A stretch of 64,000 nucleotides of DNA, from contig NC_068988.1 of assembly GCF_001194135.2 (NCBI RefSeq), positions 17,083,758-17,147,757 on the forward strand, read 5' to 3'. A program made the translations under genes and the position numbers. Below the pieces are notes generated by a model. It searched no databases. It had not been told where the DNA came from and saw nothing but the letters and a program-made list of their open reading frames with translations. This document shows positions 37,566 through 49,375 of this stretch, piece by piece (position 1 is the stretch's first letter; each line of letters starts with the position of its first letter). Source of the DNA: Octopus bimaculoides. Its lineage: Eukaryota.

Positions 37566-38309
37566 NNNNNNNNNNNNNNNNNNNNNNNNNNNNNNNNNNN
37601 NNNNNNNNNNNNNNNNNNNNNNNNNNNNNNNNNNNNNNNNNNNNNNNNNNNNNNNNNNNNNNNNNNNNNNNNNNNNNNNNNNNNNNNNNNNNNNNNNNNN
37701 NNNNNNNNNNNNNNNNNNNNNNNNNNNNNNNNNNNNNNNNNNNNNNNNNNNNNNNNNNNNNNNNNNNNNNNNNNNNNNNNNNNNNNNNNNNNNNNNNNNN
37801 NNNNNNNNNNNNNNNNNNNNNNNNNNNNNNNNNNNNNNNNNNNNNNNNNNNNNNNNNNNNNNNNNNNNNNNNNNNNNNNNNNNNNNNNNNNNNNNNNNNN
37901 NNNNNNNNNNNNNNNNNNNNNNNNNNNNNNNNNNNNNNNNNNNNNNNNNNNNNNNNNNNNNNNNNNNNNNNNNNNNNNNNNNNNNNNNNNNNNNNNNNNN
38001 NNNNNNNNNNNNNNNNNNNNNNNNNNNNNNNNNNNNNNNNNNNNNNNNNNNNNNNNNNNNNNNNNNNNNNNNNNNNNNNNNNNNNNNNNNNNNNNNNNNN
38101 NNNNNNNNNNNNNNNNNNNNNNNNNNNNNNNNNNNNNNNNNNNNNNNNNNNNNNNNNNNNNNNNNNNNNNNNNNNNNNNNNNNNNNNNNNNNNNNNNNNN
38201 NNNNNNNNNNNNNNNNNNNNNNNNNNNNNNNNNNNNNNNNNNNNNNNNNNNNNNNNNNNNNNGTGACATCGAAATATATATAAATATATATATATATATA
38301 TTGTTGTAC

Positions 38310-38590
38310 TTGGGGATGGTCATATTGCCAGTTTAGCCAATAAAAACACGCATTGTATATTTGGTGTTAATTTGCTTCAGCTTTATATTACATTAATCTT
38401 AATCCTATTTCGGCCACAGTTCTTTCGTCACACTTCCGTGACCTCATCAGTGGTCCTTTGTTTCCTCCTTTCTTATATTTGTCTCACCTTGCAAACTATA
38501 TACCGGAGTCAGCACAACATGTGCAACAAGGTGGAAAAGAGTACTCAAATATCAGAGGTAGAGTAATATGCTTTATTTAAAAGCAGCAGT
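38310..38590 (-). mobile_element. PLE pLTR-like repeat with an intact CTGATGA-stem II-GAAA core
   Basis: Minus strand reads CTGATGA-GGTCAC-N20-GTGGCC-GAAA (38450-38408). Confidence 0.5.
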
Positions 38591-39202
38591 CTTTTGTTAT
38601 ATCTCTGCTGCTTTTCCATAAAGTGTATATNNNNNNNNNNNNNNNNNNNNNNNNNNNNNNNNNNNNNNNNNNNNNNNNNNNNNNNNNNNNNNNNNNNNNN
38701 NNNNNNNNNNNNNNNNNNNNNNNNNNNNNNNNNNNNNNNNNNNNNNNNNNNNNNNNNNNNNNNNNNNNNNNNNNNNNNNNNNNNNNNNNNNNNNNNNNNN
38801 NNNNNNNNNNNNNNNNNNNNNNNNNNNNNNNNNNNNNNNNNNNNNNNNNNNNNNNNNNNNNNNNNNNNNNNNNNNNNNNNNNNNNNNNNNNNNNNNNNNT
38901 ATATATATATATATATATATATATGGACATGCGTTTTTATATTTTTATATATGTGTATTTACGTATGCGTGTGTGTATGCATATATAGATATATGTATAG
39001 ATATATTAGTATGAATTATGTATACATACATTATATATTTCTGCATGTAAGAGTGTGTGATGTTTGAGAAATTAAACGATGATCGTAGTTGTTCTGTCCT
39101 TGTGCTACATATTCTGTGCTACCTATTACACCATGGCTCAAGCATAAGAAATTTAGGAGACAATAGTATATTTTGATGAATTGTTAAATATTTCCCATAT
39201 TG

Positions 39203-39249
39203 TGTACACACACACACACACACGCACACACACACACACACACACGCAC

Positions 39250-39331
<82 letters not shown>

Positions 39332-39335
39332 ACAC
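39203..39335. repeat. (CA)n-(TA)n-(TG)n self-complementary microsatellite
   Basis: TGTACACACA...TATATA...TGTGTGTACA, directly visible. Confidence 0.9.
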
Positions 39336-39832
39336 ATACACACGCACTCAAACGTTTGTGAGAATGTATTTTGAGAAAGATGTGGTGATTTGCATAGATG
39401 CTCTAGCCAGATTTTTATTCTCTTTGAGCATGTGTTTATGCATGTGCGTAAAGCTACGCAGTATTCGTTTCTTTTAACTTAGACCTATTACCGTTTGAAA
39501 CTGTGTTAGTATGTAGGCAATGTGGAGACGTGCCAAAAATCAATATACAGACCGGAATCACATTGTGTAGGCAAGTAAAAAATGGCGCATGGTACTTTGT
39601 GTCAGGACCAACAGAAGTTAGGTCATTATAAGAGAAAAGAGAGAGTGTATGAGTGAGTGTATATGTGTGTGAAAGAGATGGATGGAGAGAGAAGAAAAAG
39701 AAGAAGAGAGAGAGAGAGAGAGAGAGAGATTGAGTATGACAAACACTTAGACAAACAGATCGTGTGTGAGAGATATACTGGCTTGCGTGCTTTTGAGTGT
39801 GGATGCGTGAAAGATTCTTTTCACTGGTGTGA

Positions 39833-39888
<56 letters not shown>

Positions 39889-42507
39889 AAGAAGAAGAGA
39901 GTAAGAGTATTTGTGGGGATGTGTGTGAGAGACCAAGAAAATGAATTCGTGCATGAATGTGTGCGCTTGTGTTTCTGTCCAACGGAAAATGGCAGCAAAC
40001 AATAGGGTGTGTAGACGATATCTTGAGAGACAGATGTCAGAAGCTCGCAAATCTGGGTTATGGAAAGACTGAACGAATGAAAAAAAAAGATAAAGTAGAT
40101 TTATTTAAGTGAATGGTAATAAGGGAGTGATAAATTATCAGAGAGAGAGAGAGGTATTAACAGAGATGATGTGTAAGTGCTTGTGTGTTTACGCCAACCA
40201 GAAGGAGAGTAAGTATAGAAGAGAAAGTAAACTTCTTAAATTCGGAGACCCTGTTGCTCTGAGTTAGTATGTAGAAAGAAAACAATGTTGACACAGGAGG
40301 GAAAAATAAACGAAGATTAATAGACTGAGATGAACGCGATGTTTTTACGCAAATGAAGATAGATGGTAATGGAAAGAAACCATAATTAAACGAAACAATT
40401 TGAAAATTGGAGGCGATATCTAAATGAAAATGATATGAAACTAAACAGTCGAAGACATGAGCTGTTCACGAGGGTAAAAGAAAGAAAATAGAAAATTATG
40501 ACATTATACTAATGACGTATGGCACTGAATATTGTCATTTTCCAAACATTTGAAACAATGTCAACCTTTGATATCAAAAATCTTTAGTCAATCATACTCT
40601 GCTCGGTGAAACTAAGGCTCCCTCTCTGTCTAAAATGCTGGGTATGTTGAGATACTGATTCTAGAGGAAAGGATTTAGCATATGTAATATAATGAATTCA
40701 AGCTCTTCAATAGATATTATCCATTTAGGGATCAGATACACACTTGACTTAAATTAATACAATGTGAATAATATAGTCGCTGGAAAATATCATGAAATAT
40801 GTGACGTTTACCAATCACGTATGTACTTCATCAAATGTACTTCATGAAGACTGTCTGTCTGTAATTGTAACCCTTTCACTTAAATTCTCTAAGTTAATAA
40901 AATGTCTTCTCAAAGTTTTTTTTCATTTGAACTGAAATACGATAAGACATTACATATTTCATGTTTGCAAAATATTCCAAAACAGTTATTTTTTTATATT
41001 ATTTATGTTATTATAATTTACCTTCACTCTTAAATCTTGGAATAATTGTAATGGCATTCGATTTTTGTCAAAACATTGTGTTAAATATAAGATCTTAAAT
41101 TAGATATATTTTGTAAGGTGAGGAGTCAGTTGTATTTCCCCTCAGCTATATTGTTGCCTTATATAATTATCATCAGTACTAATATTTCTCATTCCAAATA
41201 ACCTGTGCGCTATATATCGTATGGTAGAGATAGGTGATATAATACGTCATATAAATGCCATTCTTGAACCATATTTTCCATTTGTACAAACGTTCAGTTA
41301 ATTGAATTAGTTGGAATTATTTTCTTTCAGTTGATTTTTATTTTTATTTTTGTGTGTACCACCACTAAACGGTAATTTGTCTAATTATTGCACAGATATT
41401 TTTAGCTAGTCGATATCTTTCAAAGCAATATATTACATATTAACTTACCATGTTGTTATATAACAAGCAACAAAAATCTATAGTCATATTTTCTCCCAGT
41501 CATGTCTTTGAAATTGAAAAACATAGTCACCGCAGTCTCCATCTACTTTTCGAACCTCCTTCATATATATATNNNNNNNNNNNNNNNNNNNNNNNNNNNN
41601 NNNNNNNNNNNNNNNNNNNNNNNNNNNNNNNNNNNNNNNNNNNNNNNNNNNNNNNNNNNNNNNNNNNNNNNNNNNNNNNNNNNNNNNNNNNNNNNNNNNN
41701 NNNNNNNNNNNNNNNNNNNNNNNNNNNNNNNNNNNNNNNNNNNNNNNNNNNNNNNNNNNNNNNNNNNNNNNNNNNNNNNNNNNNNNNNNNNNNNNNNNNN
41801 NNNNNNNNNNNNNNNNNNNNNNNNNNNNNNNNNNNNNNNNNNNNNNNNNNNNNNNNNNNNNNNNNNNNNNNNNNNNNNNNNNNNNNNNNNNNNNNNNNNN
41901 NNNNNNNNNNNNNNNNNNNNNNNNNNNNNNNNNNNNNNNNNNNNNNNNNNNNNNNNNNNNNNNNNNNNNNNNNNNNNNNNNNNNNNNNNNNNNNNNNNNN
42001 NNNNNNNNNNNNNNNNNNNNNNNNNNNNNNNNNNNNNNNNNNNNNNNNNNNNNNNNNNNNNNNNNNNNNNNNNNNNNNNNNNNNNNNNNNNNNNNNNNNN
42101 NNNNNNNNNNNNNNNNNNNNNNNNNNNNNNNNNNNNNNNNNNNNNNNNNNNNNNNNNNNNNNNNNNNNNNNNNNNNNNNNNNNNNNNNNNNNNNNNNNNN
42201 NNNNNNNNNNNNNNNNNNNNNNNNNNNNNNNNNNNNNNNNNNNNNNNNNNNNNNNNNNNNNNNNNNNNNNNNNNNNNNNNNNNNNNNNNNNNNNNNNNNN
42301 NNNNNNNNNNNNNNNNNNNNNNNNNNNNNNNNNNNNNNNNNNNNNNNNNNNNNNNNNNNNNNNNNNNNNNNNNNNNNNNNNNNNNNNNNNNNNNNNNNNN
42401 NNNNNNNNNNNNNNNNNNNNNNNNNNNNNNNNNNNNNNNNNNNNNATGTATGTATGTATACACACACGCACGCACGCACACGCACACACATACACACACA
42501 CACACCC

Positions 42508-42559
<52 letters not shown>

Positions 42560-42599
42560 GTATATATATACATCCACAGAGAGGGGATGAGCTTTCTTT

Positions 42600-42670
42600 C
42601 AATTTTTGTCTACCAATTCACTCGAAAGGCTTTCGTTGATCCGAAGATTTAGCAGCGCACTGCCACACCT
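42600..42670 (-). mobile_element. SINE family B degenerate fragment
   Basis: TTTGTCTACCAATTCACTCGAAAGGCTTTCGTTGATCCG resembles 6828-6870. Confidence 0.65.
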
Positions 42671-43384
42671 ACGTCTGCATATATTATATTATATGTGAGT
42701 CTGAGTTTTAAGTTATGCCAACAGAGGGACATATGCTTCTATGTAAAATGGTAATACTACATAAGAGTGATGCTCGCTTACCGTACTACGCTTCAGACTA
42801 GATTTATATTCCGAAATGTTTTGCTATATTTCCCGAAGTTTCAGTTATTTAAATACGAGATTTTCAATTTTAATCAACATTTAAGAGTGATTTTTATTTT
42901 CCAGTAGTACGTAGAATTTCGGTTTATCCACAATTTTCAAATAATGAATGTATATATGTGATACTACAACACATTTATGTAATGGCACATTGCTTTATCA
43001 ATATACAACGTTGTGAAATTAGAAAAAAACTCGTAAAGATAAAACGGAGAAGAAAGGCTATGTGGAAAGTGAAAGAGAAAGAGAAAACAGGAGAATTGAG
43101 GTTCAAATATTAACACATTGACAATCAACAATGTAGAACTAGCATAAAACTAGATCAAGTGGGGGAAATCAAATAGAACTGCTTTGATAATTGAACGAGG
43201 AATTATACTGATGAGGATGGGGGAGTGAAAAATAGAACCTTCGACAAGAAGAGAATGAATGGCGGAAGAAATCTTGACAAGATGACATTGATATACACAA
43301 ATAAACAAATTGGTTGCTGACGTTTGAAGCGATAACAATATAAATATATATTATTAGCATCAGCAACAACCTGAATGCCAAAGG

Positions 43385-43391
43385 AATGATG

Positions 43392-43469
<78 letters not shown>

Positions 43470-43470
43470 G
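43385..43470. repeat. (AAT)n microsatellite
   Basis: Directly visible. Confidence 0.95.
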
Positions 43471-43838
43471 ACGACTCCAAACATATAAATATTCAATCAA
43501 GCATTTTGAGATTTACAAACAGAAGATCAACAGTGACCTGAACAGAGTATATAAACATTATTTGCTATTTGTATCGATCTGCTGGTAAGTAAATGTGTAT
43601 CGCTGTGCATATGAATGTATATATATATCTGTGTGTGTGTGTGTGCGTGTGTGTGTTTGTGTGTGCGCGTGCGCATGTGTGTGTGTTTGTGTGTGTGTAT
43701 GGGGGTAAGTATAATGTAGGCCGAATCATATGTACACATGGCATAAAGAAAATAAACATTCCAAAATAAATACGCAATACGCAGAACCCACATACACAGA
43801 CATTTTATGCGTGTATGTCTGTGTGTGTGTGTGTGTTT

Positions 43839-43874
<36 letters not shown>

Positions 43875-44003
43875 CTAAAAAGCAGTAAACATGTATGAAT
43901 GGGTATTCGTCAATATACGCCTTTGTATATGCATATATTTTTTCTGTATATATACCTCACAATCTATGAATGTCGATGCATGTAAAAAATTATAAGAATA
44001 TGA

Positions 44004-44086
<83 letters not shown>

Positions 44087-44461
44087 GATGTGTGTATACG
44101 TCAATGTTTTTGTGAGTGTACGTGCGTGAATAACAACGCATTCATGTATGCAGGGAGAAATATGGCAAGAAAACGAGTGGCAAAAATTCAATGCATAATG
44201 AAAACAAGAGCGCTACAGATGAAACACACGCACACTCACACACATATACACACACTCACACACACACAGACACAGATAAACGAACAAATATGCCAATCTC
44301 CCTTTAAAATGAATATTACTAATCTTCTATCTATGTCTGCGATATATTTCAGATGGAATTGTGGAATAGTATAGATTCAGTATAGATGGAATAATGTAGA
44401 GTGAAAACATTTCGACGGCTATGATAATAGCTGTGGGTTAATGCCTTTAATATATGTTACT

Positions 44462-44678
44462 TACTATAATCCCTCGACTATCGCGGGTTTAAAATTCCTA
44501 CCCCATCCCTCCGGCGATAGGTGAAAATCATTGAAGTAGAAACCCTACTGTACTGTATATCATTTTAAAATTATTTTTAGCATTTGTATATATATATTTT
44601 ATTATAAATGAAAAAAAGACGTTAGATTAAATAATAAACTGCGATAGGTAAACCACGATATGGCGAGACAGTGCAGTA
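44462..44678. mobile_element. Tigger/pogo-like MITE
   Basis: Left end TA-CTATAATCCCTCGACTATCGCGG and right end CCACGATATGGCGAGACAGTGCAG-TA are degenerate inverted termini. Internal GCGATAGGT occurs twice. Confidence 0.6.
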
Positions 44679-44789
44679 TATATCAGAAAAATAAATTATC
44701 CAGATATCTGGATGGTTGTACATATACAAATAATTATATATGTTTTTACAAATCACATATTTTCATCTACTCTAATAGATTCTTCAGAG

Positions 44790-44978
44790 CCCCAATCACC
44801 AAAACAACAACTAAGCCACTTCATAGATGTTCTCCTCAAAACTTTATGCCCACTGATACCAAGTTACATAAGGAGTGACATAGACTTTTCCATACACATT
44901 CCAAATACGGTTCCGGAATATGCCATACATGCAAGCTTTGATATCACAAACTTATACACGAACATACCACCCCTCTGA
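44790..44978 (+). mobile_element. Penelope-like reverse transcriptase fragment
   Basis: Encodes QQLSHFIDVLLKTLCPLIPSYIRSDIDF...ASFDITNLYTNIP, the PLE RT signature SYIxDxxDF...SFDxxxLYTNIP. Confidence 0.85.
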
Positions 44979-45004
44979 TATAGTGGCATTTTCAAACTTC
45001 TAAT

Positions 45005-45039
<35 letters not shown>

Positions 45040-47080
45040 GGCGTAGAAATAGCATATTCACGCTCGAATGTGCAGTAACGTATGATAAATGAATATGCAA
45101 GTAATGCTTTTGAACTACGTTGTTTACCTTGCTTAGGACGAATTATTATTATATCGCTCCTGGAAGAAAATGCAAACCAGCTGCCCTATTACTACGGCAT
45201 TTAGCTGCTTCTGTTTACAATTATGCAGTAGTATATACAAATGAATATTATGAAAATTCAACCTTAATTATTGACCTTTGCATATTTTTAAAATTATTTT
45301 CCCCACTATGATTTTATGGCAAATTATTGAATCACTGATTACTCTCGATAATTTAAATGCCGTACATTATATAGAAAATAGCACCTCATCCAAGTATATT
45401 CCTGTCCAGCAATAGATCATGGTTTGTGATAACTTGTTTGAAAACCAGGTATTTAAGATTACCATCATATTCAATGTTGTGTTTTGAAATAGTTATTAAA
45501 TACACACTAAAAGCGAATTAATCTAGATTAAATGCACAATGAAGGAAATTAAAATTGATTTTCATGTAGAATCCAAACATATTCACTTGCACACATATTT
45601 ACACATGCCCAGACATACAGAAAAACAAACGCATACACAGAGGCACATTTGCTTGTTTGTGGGTGCGTGTGTGTGTCTCTGTGTATGTATGTGTGTGTGT
45701 ATATGTGCCAGAGATGTAGCATTAACATTAATTTTAGACAACATAAGCCTGACAGAATATGTAATGTGATTGTATGCATGTACTGCAAGTATTGACTAGT
45801 GAATGTGGGTCTCTATTGTTTCAATCTACAGCTTCACTCACAAGTTATGTGTTGATTTGCAAATATAGAAATGGCATATATCCATGAATCTATGCTATGA
45901 CATGAAACTTATAACCTCATGTTTGCAAAGTGAACATGAAGCTTCTGAAATATTAGGATACACTCACGCACACACAAACATTCACACACACACAAATGGT
46001 TGGAATGAACAGAAAATAAAGGACAGTGGCTGGCGAGGGAACAACAAGCATGGTGTATTTGACGTTCCCAGTCTAAGTTCTTCCACAAGGACGAGTAAAG
46101 AAAACGGACAAAGGAAAAAATCTTGTTTAGATTAACGGTTATACACGGCGGAAACAAATATATGTTTTCATGTAAATATAAATTCACTTCATTTTCATCA
46201 GGCTAACCACAATTTGGGCTAAAAACACTTTCACAGCTCGACAATCTGAAAGAAATATCATGTTGCCTGAAAACGCTGTAGAAATGTTAGATTATAACAC
46301 GATTTCATGCGTTTATTCATACATGTAGTAAAAGATGATAGTTTAATTATAGAGAACACGAAATTATTCATCATGTGATTGGATACCACCCAGAAACGAG
46401 ATTTTAGTTAACTCATTGAAAACATTATTATGACAAGCCAACAATGAAACTAATAATACGAAAAGCAGCCAAGCATACTTTACACCCAGTGCGATCATCT
46501 TAAAATTAATACACACAGTAACGTTCTTCGATAGTCCATGTGTGCAATACTAAAAAATAAATTTCCAGTGTCATATATTCAATTGTAGTTCATCATAGGG
46601 GTACAGGATTATGACTCACCGCTAAACAATTTCAACGCTAACAATACACATAGAATATCCACGTAGTCAATGTGGTCGTACATGTTATATAGTCGGGAGT
46701 GCTTAGTAGACTCAATAATAGTATCGATTGAATTAACACATGCACAAAGAGGGATCAATAATAGAATTTCCATCATTAAACAGAGGAAATTGAAAGGCGT
46801 CAGAGTCATTTTTCATTTTCCGAAAGTGAAAATTAAAAAGATTTTTATAAAATATATGGTCAAAGATTACCATCTTTATATTAGATCAACGGGAAGCATG
46901 GAGCCTGTTTGCGATTAATATGCTTCATAAAAGAATTATCAGTAACGTAGTGCTGCAAGAAGTATGGATTTCCCTAAAAGACAAAGACGACCGTTCACTT
47001 AAACATTTATTTACTTAAATATCTTCTAATTTTAGTTTTCACCAAACGATATGTTCATTCTTGTTCACGCGTCACTATTG

Positions 47081-47116
<36 letters not shown>

Positions 47117-47133
47117 CCCTCTGTCTTTCTCTC

Positions 47134-47164
<31 letters not shown>

Positions 47165-47812
47165 CCTCATAGTTATATACATCCTCAGAGTTATTTTAAA
47201 TTTAGATGAAAATCTCAAAATAGTGGCGCAGATAATAATGGTTGAATGGAGTAGGAGGAGAAAGATATCTGAAAATTAATCGTGACAAGATGACCGCATT
47301 AACCGAGATGTGTATCTTTTTCACCATTTATTCACAACATATTTGGTACAATTTTCATCGTAGTATACATTTTTCTTTCTATTGTGATAATTTAATTTCT
47401 CCAAATAGTTTCTTTTTACATAGGGTTGCTTGTATTTTCCCAACAGATTAGAATCGTTTATATACAAAATAGTTGAAGCATCAGCGGGTTGTAGTATAGT
47501 CAGTCTCGTCTCGGTTTATAACCAAAATATATTTCTGTCTCAGCTCCCTTAGCGCCATACATATTTATTGATGAATTCAAGAGTTTCAATGTTCCTGAGA
47601 ATATGCCTTCAGTTATGTCATATTTAAGCAATACCATTCAGTTGTTAACATGGGACCATTTTCTTCTTGGCTCACTTGGCCCCAGCCAACACGGATACCA
47701 TGCAGATTCGATCAAGTCGGTTGTTGATGTATGTTTGCACGTGTGGGCATAAACACACATCTACACACACACGCACATACACAGAGATGCACACAGAGAT
47801 GCACACACAGAT

Positions 47813-47850
<38 letters not shown>

Positions 47851-47923
47851 TGTGCCATTCCATAAATAATGCAGTTTTACTATACATTTATGTTTGAAAA
47901 TTACGATAAGAAAATACGTTTTT

Positions 47924-48256
47924 ATCTAAAATATACTCTCCTTCATTTTCTACAATGTTCTTACATTTATCTGGTACAATATCAAGGACATTCTTCCAAA
48001 ATGCACTTGTGCGTGACGAAAAATACTCCCCCAGAAAAGTTCTGATCTCATCTAGAGAATTCAGATTTGTTCCGTCCGAATGATTCTGAAGACTGTGGAA
48101 TAAATGATAATCAGATGGGGCGATGTTTGGCGAATATTTTAGGTGGGGCATAGTTTTCCATTCAAACTGCTCCAGCCTTTGGAATGTCATCCTCACTGTA
48201 TGGGACTGAGTATGGGGTTTCGTACTGAAACTAAAGACGATCATTTTCCTACTAGC
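47924..48256 (-). pseudogene. Mariner transposase C-terminal remnant
   Basis: Encodes HLKYSPNIAPSDYHLFHSLQNH...EGEYILD, matching the mariner YSPDLAPxDYHLF motif and C-terminus. 5' end interrupted by (TA)n. Confidence 0.92.
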
Positions 48257-48274
48257 GCTGACTTGAATGATTGG

Positions 48275-48318
<44 letters not shown>

Positions 48319-49019
48319 TGTATATATTGTATATAAAGCTACGTGAAACTGTGTTAATTGTATTTGAAAACAAAAATGCAGCGAGAACTTAGTACTGCGA
48401 GCATTAAAATCATCTCTTCAGTTTTCCTGAGAGAACACCGAGAAGGAATTCTATAGAAATTCAGTTTGTATTTGAAATACATATAGACGAGTCTATAAAC
48501 GAGACATAGTTTAACCTTCACGTTTTGGTACCTTTCTTCATCTATAAAATGAAGTAACAGGGTATTACTCAAATTGTTTTGAAAGAGGTATTTCCGGGAT
48601 TAAATGTAGTTTTTTCTGAATCGGTATACATGACAATAGGCACGGATAGGGTTCTAAGAATGCAATGAAAGGGCAGATATGATATTATTCTCTAAGAATA
48701 CTATTGTTTTGTGAATTATGATCTGTGTAGGATAAAGATAATGCTTTTGTCTTCGATTGATGACATAGCTTCAGATAGGTCTTATCTTTTTCATAGGGAA
48801 ACTTTGTTTAAAGGATCTATTTTGAACCGCAATAGGGTATATATTTGAGCCTTAGATTGTTATTTCTACTGTGGTATTGCCAGAAGAAATCGTTGTCGCC
48901 AAATAAACATAGTAAATATTCTATGACATTAGTGAAGTTTTTCTTCTGGTTGTTGTCGTAACTGGTTGAGGTTTCTTCTGTGCGGGTTATAGTGGATGAC
49001 GACTCTATCATCTTGGCGA

Positions 49020-49145
49020 ATAACCAACGCGCTGTGGGTTAGCATTAGTCTGAAACCTACCCGGGAGACTCACCCTACTAGAGTTGTCCTACCAGAAGCA
49101 AAGCTCCAGACGATAACATTCTCTCGGTCTATCAAAATCACAAGT
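49020..49145 (+). mobile_element. Possible 5' fragment of an RTE-type element
   Basis: CCTACCAGAAGCAAAGCTCCAGACGATAAC resembles RTE 5' region motifs as recalled; weak. Confidence 0.3.
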
Positions 49146-49375
49146 TTAATACCGTGACATTTGCACCAACTGACATAGCGATTTCACCATTTTCCTGTCT
49201 GTACAAAATATATCATAGTTTTCTTTGTGCACCTCTGCATCATTTATATCTGTACTTAGATACATTTCTGCAAATATTATGTATATTGTTTGATTACATG
49301 CAACAATGTCCCTCCGATACGAAATTTTACTTTTGCTGCTCAGCTCTGAGAACCCTCTACAATTCAACAATATAA
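49146..49375 (-). mobile_element. CR1-like LINE apurinic endonuclease N-terminal fragment
   Basis: Encodes ILLNCRG...SKSKISY...IIFAEMYLSTDINDAEV...NYDIFCTDR, matching the APE motifs xNxRG, xxETxL and YxxFRxDR. Confidence 0.78.

Noticed and set aside
43228-43256. CTGATGAGG...GAAA hammerhead-like words
   Set aside because: No stem II can form between the boxes.
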